From: a virus
IMG/VR virus record: IMGVR_UViG_3300042465_004839
Coordinates: 1-64,000 of that record
Length of the DNA stretch: 64,000 nt
Strand: one strand, 5' to 3'
The notes under the pieces are model-generated. The model was not told the DNA's origin. It searched no databases and saw only the letters and a program-made list of their open reading frames with translations. Every line of letters begins with the position of its first letter. Position 1 is the stretch's first letter. Shown one piece after another: positions 57,124 to 64,000 of the stretch. The translations under genes and the position numbers were made by a program.

Positions 57124-59124
57124 TTATCCTTCCTTTAGTTCCCATTTAAACTCACCATTCACATATTTGCTTGTCCACATCTGTGATTTTACTTTTTCTT
57201 TAGCAGAACTTTGAGTTTCTGGATCAAAGTTTCCACAAGCCATACAGCCTACACCATAAGCATCGGACAAATCGGAGTTCTCACTACCATATATTAATAA
57301 ATCTTGTACAATTCGTAAAGAATTTATTTGATGTCCATACAATCGTAAATATTTATTCATAACAGAGGTCCGGTAATCTTTGTTGTTTGCATCTAAATAT
57401 ATTCCGTACGCATTACCACTCTTCTCAAGTAACTTATCTGTATTATGTTTAGTTAACTGTCTTATTAGTAACTTCTGTTGACCTTCTGCCTCAAATAAAT
57501 CGGTAATAGTACTTCCTGCACTTGCATTCCTCTCAGGGTAAGTTCTTAGCCCACCAAACTTATTGTAGTACATACATAGCCATAAAGCAGCCTTTTCTAC
57601 CATAGTTCTTTTATCTGGTCTAATACATATATTAGCCACATCAACATATTGGTTATCTCCTGTTATTCTATGAACTACTAATGCATACTTAGATTTAGTT
57701 TTACCTTTTTCAGAACCATCAGCATTTTTATTTGTACTGCTAATATCCGTACTTGTAGCATCTAAACCTACACGATACAAATGATGTTCTTGTGGTTGTT
57801 CAAATACTTCACACGAAAATTCATTAGCCTCCTCACCTTTAGCCATAGGGTTTAAAGATATTTCTTTAGTAGTTGGGTTCTTATGAATTTTATACATAGG
57901 TGAGGGTGTACCCCTTAATTGTTTTTCTCTTAACCTTAAAGTTTCAATCACGTCAACTTCTAATCCTCCACTTCTATTTATATCAAAAATATCTTCTACT
58001 CTTTCAGGGAACTGTCTTTTAAGTAAAGCTCTTTTAGAGTCAGTAAGACCTTCGCACATATTAGCAAAGTAAGCTTTTGCTTCTTCAACTTTTGGGTTGC
58101 CATACTCATCAATAAACGAAGGGTCTGATAGGTAGTAAGGTATAAGCATACGATACAAACCACTTTGAGTTCTACCATTAGCATTTCTTTTATTAATATC
58201 ACTAGCATACCAAAGTTCTTTACTAAAAGGAACTGCTTTAGCCTTACCATTCTCAACAGTAGATACCATCCATAGTTTACCTATAATATCTTTTGTCCCT
58301 TCTGTACACTGGGCAATTAAAGTTTGAAACAATTGCTCCATATCCATAAGTTCTTGACTCGCAAACTCATCTAAAAAATATTCGGTTACTCTTTCCCCTT
58401 GAATAGAGGTTATTTTACTTGGCAATGCTTCAATACGAGTATAGTTGCCATCTTTAAAAGTTACCTTATCCGAACTTCTCTTAATAGTTTGATTCTGACG
58501 AAAGAATATACTATCATTTTTGTATGTATGTTGATAAATATAAGGTAATGAATTGTTCAAAGAAAGGAATGCATTTAATGTTCTTTGGAATAAAGCTTGA
58601 GCCTTATCATCTTTTGTAGCTTGCAAGAAATAACTTGCTTTAGGTTTCAATAAACTATCAAAAAGCATACGAGATGGTATCATTTCTGACTTACCCCAAC
58701 GCTTTTGTGTATAGGCTACTAAACCATAACAGTTTGAATCCTTTTTACAAATGTCTTGTAAGTAAGCTAACTGAGCATGACTCCATCTATATTTAGGATA
58801 AACACCACCTCCTAAGTCCCAGTGTTTTAAAAATCCATAGTGTGCGCCTGTAAGATAAACTAACTCACCATTGTTATAAAAATGAAATCCATTCTCTAAT
58901 CTAAATAGTTCCTTTAGCTGATAGTTTTGTTTTTCCTCAACAGTCATGTGACTAAAGTTAGGGTCTTTAGGTCTTTCCCACTTTTGTTGCTTCTTTGGTA
59001 AGTCTTTATTATATACGGGTTCAAAAGGCTCTGGGCATTCGTAGAACATATTTTTAGGTTCTACATCACTTTCACCTTTTTCTCCTTGCGTTCCAAATAA
59101 TTCTACACTATGCTTTTTCGCCAT
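57124..59124 (-). CDS. terL: Terminase large subunit
   Basis: YNNGELVYLTGAHY, KRWGKS (Walker A), YFLDEF (Walker B), MVST, C-terminal GLDA/ERN/DLSDA nuclease. Confidence 0.88.
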   Translation of the reverse strand: MAKKHSVELFGTQGEKGESDVEPKNMFYECPEPFEPVYNKDLPKKQQKWERPKDPNFSHMTVEEKQNYQLKELFRLENGFHFYNNGELVYLTGAHYGFLKHWDLGGGVYPKYRWSHAQLAYLQDICKKDSNCYGLVAYTQKRWGKSEMIPSRMLFDSLLKPKASYFLQATKDDKAQALFQRTLNAFLSLNNSLPYIYQHTYKNDSIFFRQNQTIKRSSDKVTFKDGNYTRIEALPSKITSIQGERVTEYFLDEFASQELMDMEQLFQTLIAQCTEGTKDIIGKLWMVSTVENGKAKAVPFSKELWYASDINKRNANGRTQSGLYRMLIPYYLSDPSFIDEYGNPKVEEAKAYFANMCEGLTDSKRALLKRQFPERVEDIFDINRSGGLEVDVIETLRLREKQLRGTPSPMYKIHKNPTTKEISLNPMAKGEEANEFSCEVFEQPQEHHLYRVGLDATSTDISSTNKNADGSEKGKTKSKYALVVHRITGDNQYVDVANICIRPDKRTMVEKAALWLCMYYNKFGGLRTYPERNASAGSTITDLFEAEGQQKLLIRQLTKHNTDKLLEKSGNAYGIYLDANNKDYRTSVMNKYLRLYGHQINSLRIVQDLLIYGSENSDLSDAYGVGCMACGNFDPETQSSAKEKVKSQMWTSKYVNGEFKWELKEG

Positions 59125-59497
59125 TTGCTTTTAAATGTAATGCTAAAATGTTTTCTGCTTCTCCTGCCTTTACTCTTTCTACTTCTGACTTCTCATCAGT
59201 AGTCATCTTAATATAAAGCTTTTCTAAATCAGTATCAAGATCAGGCAGTAGTTTGATTATTTTTAAACTTGTTTCAGATTGCGCTCTTGCATCTTCGTCT
59301 TCGTGCTGACTACGAATAGTAAAAGGAGATTTATCTATCTCATCTTGCCAAGATTTTTTCTGTTTATAAATAGTCATATAAGTAGAAAGAGAATGACTTT
59401 TTTTGACAATTGAAAATAATCTGCTCCACTCTTTAATTTTAATTTGAAAGTCTAAATTTAATTTAACTAATTCTTTCTTTTCTATTTCTGTAAGCAT
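59108..59497 (-). CDS. Possible terminase small subunit
   Basis: 129-aa helical protein overlapping the terL start. Confidence 0.4.
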   Translation of the reverse strand: MLTEIEKKELVKLNLDFQIKIKEWSRLFSIVKKSHSLSTYMTIYKQKKSWQDEIDKSPFTIRSQHEDEDARAQSETSLKIIKLLPDLDTDLEKLYIKMTTDEKSEVERVKAGEAENILALHLKANGEKA

Positions 59498-59498
59498 A

Positions 59499-59993
59499 TT
59501 ATAATACGTTTAAATTAACAAATTCTTGACGATTTATTATAGCAGCAACATCGTAAGCAACTGCTGCATCTAATTCTTTTGCAAAAAATCCCAAATGCTT
59601 TACATTTCCATTTATTCTTATTTGAGAATGCCATTTATTACCTGCTCTATACCAAGAAACTCCCAAATATTTGCTACTACTATTTTTAGCACTTGTTGCG
59701 TTCCAATTATTTTGAAGTGATGTGCATACTCTTAAATTTGATTTTTGATTATCTAATCCATTGTGGTTTATGTGGTCAACAACTAATTTATTGCCTTCTT
59801 TCAGCTTCATTATAAATCGGTGCATTTTAACTGATGTTCTTTTGTTGCCAATCCACACCATTCGTTTTACATAAAAAGTATTTTTTTCTTTTTGTACGCC
59901 CCACTTGAATTGATTCAATTCCTCAAAATCTTCATCATCTACTAGTACTTTAAAAGTCCCGTATTTCGGTGACTCAATTATTATTTTTTCCAT
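59499..59993 (-). CDS. HNH-AP2 homing endonuclease
   Basis: LVDDEDF, MHRFIM, VDHINHNGLDNQKSNLR, SSKYLGVSW...AAVAYD. Confidence 0.9.
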   Translation of the reverse strand: MEKIIIESPKYGTFKVLVDDEDFEELNQFKWGVQKEKNTFYVKRMVWIGNKRTSVKMHRFIMKLKEGNKLVVDHINHNGLDNQKSNLRVCTSLQNNWNATSAKNSSSKYLGVSWYRAGNKWHSQIRINGNVKHLGFFAKELDAAVAYDVAAIINRQEFVNLNVL

Positions 59994-60008
59994 AATGTTT
60001 GTTTTTTA

Positions 60009-60040
60009 AGCAAGTACTAACTTCCAAATTAGTACTTGCT
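60009..60040. repeat. Perfect 12-bp inverted repeat
   Basis: AGCAAGTACTAA-CTTCCAAA-TTAGTACTTGCT. Confidence 0.8.
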
Positions 60041-60059
60041 GTTATTGTAATGTTTATTA

Positions 60060-60527
60060 TTATACGCAAATATAAGTTCCTGAAACATACCAATCATCAG
60101 CTACTGAAAGTGGATTTACAGGAGTGTTATATTTAAATGCTAAATCATTAGTAGTTCCACCGTACCATAATAGCATATTAGTACTTGAAGGAATGCCTTC
60201 CCCAAGTATTCTATAATGCTGAACAGCAGAATCGTCATAAACTTGTCCATCTCTAAACACATACTGAACAGATGGGGCAAAAGGTAATGTTACCGAGTAT
60301 TGACCAGTTCCAAAGTTAGTAACAGTAGCACAATTGATATTTATAGTAAAATGTACAAGCCTTCCTATTTTAATATAAGAACCCGTAGCAGGGTTAGAAG
60401 AATAAGTAAGCCCTGTTCCAGACCAAATTGGTGTATATGATACAACATCAGAGTTTGCTCTGTTATCTATATAATCATTTAAAGAATCCATTACGGATTG
60501 AGGTATTGGTGTTTTTAGTATTGTCAT
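60060..60527 (-). CDS. Short fibre-tip/receptor-binding-like protein
   Basis: SYTPIW...TGSYIKIGRLVHF...VTLPF...SGTY beta-sandwich pattern. Confidence 0.55.
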   Translation of the reverse strand: MTILKTPIPQSVMDSLNDYIDNRANSDVVSYTPIWSGTGLTYSSNPATGSYIKIGRLVHFTININCATVTNFGTGQYSVTLPFAPSVQYVFRDGQVYDDSAVQHYRILGEGIPSSTNMLLWYGGTTNDLAFKYNTPVNPLSVADDWYVSGTYICV

Positions 60528-60528
60528 A

Positions 60529-60759
60529 TTAGTATTGCCATTGAGTTAGTAAAAAGTCTAAATTATTATTCATTGAAACTGTGTCGGTATCGTTTGACTG
60601 TAAAGAATCTACAATAGACAAGCTTATAAAAGGATAAAAAGAAATAAGATTGTTAGGATAGTTACTTCCTTTTGTGTACTCATTTGTTACCAATCCTTCA
60701 CTTAAAAGTATTTTATTAATAGCAGTCTTAAAAGTAGTTGCGTATCTTGGTCTAAGCAT
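60529..60759 (-). CDS. Small structural-module protein
   Basis: Paralog of 52039-52293. Confidence 0.5.
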   Translation of the reverse strand: MLRPRYATTFKTAINKILLSEGLVTNEYTKGSNYPNNLISFYPFISLSIVDSLQSNDTDTVSMNNNLDFLLTQWQY

Positions 60760-61618
60760 TTCTTACATTTTTATTAGTGTCAAACAGTACTGAATTTATG
60801 TAGTCAAGATTATTTTGAATGTCACTTGCGCTATAAGTAGCATCTGTAAAAGATTGTATGTAAGGCATAGACAAACAAGTAACTGCTTTAATATAATTTG
60901 CTCTAAAATCTTCGCTCACATTATAAGTTCCATTAGCTAATGAATCGTTATATCCTTTAATGACATCGGTAGCATTAGCGTCTGTCCAAAATGCAGAAGT
61001 AGAAGTATCTAAAAATGCTACTACATAAGCAGTACCACTTACTGTAAAATCATCGTTTGCAACTCCTGTAAAAGTTTGCCCAACATAATAGGTAGAAACA
61101 GAATTAACTACTATAGAACTTCCTAAAGTACCTTGAACTAAATAAACACCATCTGAAAGTAAATCACCGCTATTATATCTTGTATTAAAAATATCGTAAC
61201 GGACATACCTAAAGTTATCTTGAAAGTAAGTATCAGCCTCACCAATTGTACTTGGGGTATAAACACTTGTAATTTTAGAGCTTGGAATAGTTAAGTTAGG
61301 CAAACAGTAGTATCCTGTAGTTTTAACTACAACACCACTTGTAGGTAATATAAAGTCATCGTGTGCTACAAATACATTATTAGCAACATAAGTATGCCCA
61401 TTAAGAGCAAAAGAACCACTAACAACAGTATACTCAGTATTGGCTAATAAAGAAGAAACCGTTGTAGCATTGAGAATGCTATTGTAAGTAGCAAATAAGT
61501 ACCTAATACCATTAATAGAGGAAATACTAACACCAAGTGTAGTATAGTCTGTACTATCAGCCACACTAATTGTTTCATTTGTATTCTTGTCATAAGAAAT
61601 TATTATATCTGTTGCCAT
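60752..61618 (-). CDS. Structural protein, tail hub/collar-like
   Basis: Paralog of 51162-52037. Confidence 0.5.
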   Translation of the reverse strand: MATDIIISYDKNTNETISVADSTDYTTLGVSISSINGIRYLFATYNSILNATTVSSLLANTEYTVVSGSFALNGHTYVANNVFVAHDDFILPTSGVVVKTTGYYCLPNLTIPSSKITSVYTPSTIGEADTYFQDNFRYVRYDIFNTRYNSGDLLSDGVYLVQGTLGSSIVVNSVSTYYVGQTFTGVANDDFTVSGTAYVVAFLDTSTSAFWTDANATDVIKGYNDSLANGTYNVSEDFRANYIKAVTCLSMPYIQSFTDATYSASDIQNNLDYINSVLFDTNKNVRNA

Positions 61619-62922
61619 TATGGAGTACCTGCTATTTGTGAAACTATGTAGAAATTGTCTAATTTATTATAAACTATTTCTATTGAACTGTTGTTATATA
61701 AAAGTGATATATCCGAACTTGAACCATCAATAAGTTTAGGAGAAACTTGAATTTTTACTGTATTAGCACCTCCTGCTATTCTTTTGTAGAAAAATCTTTC
61801 CCCACCAACAAATGATGTTACATCTGGAGGAGTAAGTACTACTATATTGGTAGATGTAGGGTCTAAAAATAAATTCCTATCTGTAACAGCAGTAGTATAA
61901 GAAGCAGTTGTAATAGTTTTTATGGCAGTATTGTTAATAGTAGAAACTAAAACCTTTTTTAAGTTTCCGCTATCACTATTATCAGAAACAAGTATTGAAT
62001 CATTTTGAGCAGCACTTACAATTGTTTTTCCTGTAATTGCTGTTTTATCTATAGTTAAAGCACCGCTGCCTAGAACATCACCTGTATGAGTAGCGTTAGT
62101 AACCTTTGCTGTGTTAGCAGCCATCTCTGCTATTTCAGTTGCAGTGTACCACTTATTAGTAGCTCCTGCTACAATATTATCAGCACCAAGTGTTACTGTA
62201 GCTCCTGTTAGTCCGTTTAATGTTACAATTCCAACTGAAGGTGATGCCCAAACCGCATTATCAGAACCGTCTACTGTTAAAACTTTAGTCCTGTTTGTCA
62301 CAGTTCCTACTGCTGCTAAAGCATTTATTGCTGTTTGTGCTGTTGATGCACCTGTTCCTCCTTTAGCAATACTTAATTTAGTAGTTGCTGCAAGAGTATC
62401 TATCTCTATTTTAGTCGGATCAACATCTATTGTAAGTTTATTTGGTGTGCCACTACTTGGAGTTAAAGTAATTTTATCTCCACTTGCAGCAACCATTGTG
62501 AACCATTCATTTGCATTACCTGCACTATTTACTCTAAGCATTTGATATGCTCCTCCTATTGTAGTAAGTCCATTACCACCTTTACCGTAAGGTACTGTTG
62601 GTAAGTCTGCTGCTACCATTGCTCTCATTGTAGGTTTAGCAGAACCCACAGATACTGCACTTGCATAAATAAGATTAGCAGCAGTAGCTACTTTAGTAAA
62701 AGTAATTACAGGAGCTGTAGTAGGATTAGTTATATTAACATTAAGAAAATCAGCGTTAGTATCGGAGTCGACTTCAGCAACAGAAGTTACACTTCCGCTA
62801 CTTGGAGAAGCATCTTGTAAGGCTCTGATTGCTGCTTGTATTTGTGCTTGGCTTGTGGCAAAGTCTATAATTGTTAGTTCCTTCCCTGCTTCTGGTGTAG
62901 GGAGTGTAAATGTGCTTGGCAT
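61618..62922 (-). CDS. Tail fibre protein
   Basis: T/A/S/G-rich; GSVTSV, AKGGTGASTA, NATHTGDV fibre repeats. Confidence 0.7.
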   Translation of the reverse strand: MPSTFTLPTPEAGKELTIIDFATSQAQIQAAIRALQDASPSSGSVTSVAEVDSDTNADFLNVNITNPTTAPVITFTKVATAANLIYASAVSVGSAKPTMRAMVAADLPTVPYGKGGNGLTTIGGAYQMLRVNSAGNANEWFTMVAASGDKITLTPSSGTPNKLTIDVDPTKIEIDTLAATTKLSIAKGGTGASTAQTAINALAAVGTVTNRTKVLTVDGSDNAVWASPSVGIVTLNGLTGATVTLGADNIVAGATNKWYTATEIAEMAANTAKVTNATHTGDVLGSGALTIDKTAITGKTIVSAAQNDSILVSDNSDSGNLKKVLVSTINNTAIKTITTASYTTAVTDRNLFLDPTSTNIVVLTPPDVTSFVGGERFFYKRIAGGANTVKIQVSPKLIDGSSSDISLLYNNSSIEIVYNKLDNFYIVSQIAGTP

Positions 62923-62937
62923 GGTACAAATATAATA

Positions 62938-63180
62938 TTATTTTGATAAACTCTTATGTTTTTTAATATATTCTGTTAGCGCAGCACAAATAATTGCACT
63001 TTCACCTTTTAGACCATTTTGGTCTATAATCTCATACATATCAATAAGCTGATTAACACTAACCCTTGTTTGAATAATAGAACTAACGTACATTCCTATG
63101 CCTATTTTCTTAACACATTTAAGCCTAATATCCTCTGGCAATGCATCAATTCTCATCTTTTGATTATTACTTAATTCCAT
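62938..63180 (-). CDS. Small protein, possible ribbon-helix-helix regulator
   Basis: IIQTRVS...GLKGESAIICAALTEYI. Confidence 0.35.
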   Translation of the reverse strand: MELSNNQKMRIDALPEDIRLKCVKKIGIGMYVSSIIQTRVSVNQLIDMYEIIDQNGLKGESAIICAALTEYIKKHKSLSK

Positions 63181-63268
63181 ATATGTATGACAATAACATA
63201 CGCAAAGGTATGAAAATAGTATTAATAAACAATATTAATATGACATTTGTAGCGAAAACAACCATATA

Positions 63269-64000
63269 ATGAGTACAGAAGCAGAAAGACTTGCAGCAGA
63301 GTACATGGAGGAAAACTCCAAAAATGCTGACCCAATTGTAGTAGAAACGCCAGTTGAGGTAGAAAAACCAGTAGCAGTAGAACCTACAACAGTAGTAGCA
63401 GATGAGGTGGTAACACTAAAAACTGAAACAGAAGAAGTAGAAAAAATATCGCTCTTTGACAACATTGATAACATAGACAAAACTGAAACTGCAACGAAAG
63501 AAGTAACATCAGAATTGCCTGAAAGTATTAAAGCACAGTTAGCCGAATACGAAGCCTTAAAGGCTGAACGTGAAGCAGAAGCTAATTCAGATATGTACAA
63601 ACTACTTAAAAGTGGTTTAACATTAGAACAAATAGCTAATGGAATTACCAAAGTAGACTACTCAAGCTTTACTACATCTGACTTAATTAAGTTAGAGTTA
63701 GAGAAGGCAGGCTTAACAGGTGAAGAGTTAGAAGAAGCGTTAGAGGAAGAGGTAAGTGGATTTAATTCCCTAACACCTTTAGCTAAAGCAAAGTACGAAA
63801 ACGAATTAAAGTCTAACTATAAGACAGAGATTAAGTACGATGAGGCTACTAAACTTTTAGAAGATGCTTTAAAGGCAAATGCTAAGAACCCTGTAAGTCA
63901 AGAAGAGTATATTAAACAGCAAGAGGAACAGACTGCTGCTAATATTAAGGCTGACACAGAAAGCATAGATAAGTACTTAGGTATTTTGAAAGGCAAAGGA
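63269..64000 (+). CDS. Capsid scaffolding-like acidic protein (3'-truncated)
   Basis: Open to the window end; MSTEAERLAAEYMEE... E/V/T-rich N-terminus, VDYSSF..SDLIK, coiled coils. Confidence 0.6.
   Translation, partial: MSTEAERLAAEYMEENSKNADPIVVETPVEVEKPVAVEPTTVVADEVVTLKTETEEVEKISLFDNIDNIDKTETATKEVTSELPESIKAQLAEYEALKAEREAEANSDMYKLLKSGLTLEQIANGITKVDYSSFTTSDLIKLELEKAGLTGEELEEALEEEVSGFNSLTPLAKAKYENELKSNYKTEIKYDEATKLLEDALKANAKNPVSQEEYIKQQEEQTAANIKADTESIDKYLGILKGKG

Noticed and set aside
52990-63268. Recombinase-invertible segment covering the minus-strand morphogenesis block
   Set aside because: No matching inverted repeats at the two ends; the boundaries are a terminator and divergent promoters.
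1-64000. Stop-codon reassignment
   Set aside because: Long genes are intact under the standard code, TAA, TAG and TGA all end genes, and there is no suppressor tRNA.

Overview
A 64-kb, AT-rich segment of a tailed dsDNA phage (Caudoviricetes). The host is very probably Bacteroidota: TAnnTTTG -7 promoter boxes occur throughout, start contexts are A-rich without Shine-Dalgarno sites, and signal peptides follow the Q-rule. The virion looks podovirus-type, with a crAss/phi14:2-like terminase, portal, ring proteins and giant ejection proteins, but no phage RNA or DNA polymerase is visible in the window. Layout: tail fibres and lysis (1-7 kb); recombination/nuclease genes (7-11.5 kb); a minus-strand array of about 25 small, probably early genes (11.5-18.8 kb); an AT-rich control region or possible terminus (18.8-20 kb); accessory genes with two degenerate tRNA-like RNAs (20-25 kb); replication initiator, helicase, C5 methyltransferase and serine recombinase (25.5-33.5 kb); a non-coding structured island (33.5-34.1 kb); ejection proteins, including a 3079-aa polyvalent protein and an inserted ferritin (34.4-50.5 kb); and morphogenesis genes split over both strands (50.5-64 kb). 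The best candidates for something new are mostly RNA-level. (1) Two sequence-unrelated promoter-proximal three-hairpin leaders have first and last loops that are complementary (kissing-loop attenuator candidates). (2) About 20 copies of an AAAACACA..ATTATG leader precede the early genes, and a separately transcribed small RNA is antisense to that leader. (3) An A10 slippery run with a dual-coded tail lies at the start of the giant ejection gene. (4) There is an AATTTAATTAG-N19-TAnnTTTG promoter class and many predicted leaderless mRNAs. All family assignments come from motif recognition by eye, not from database searches.
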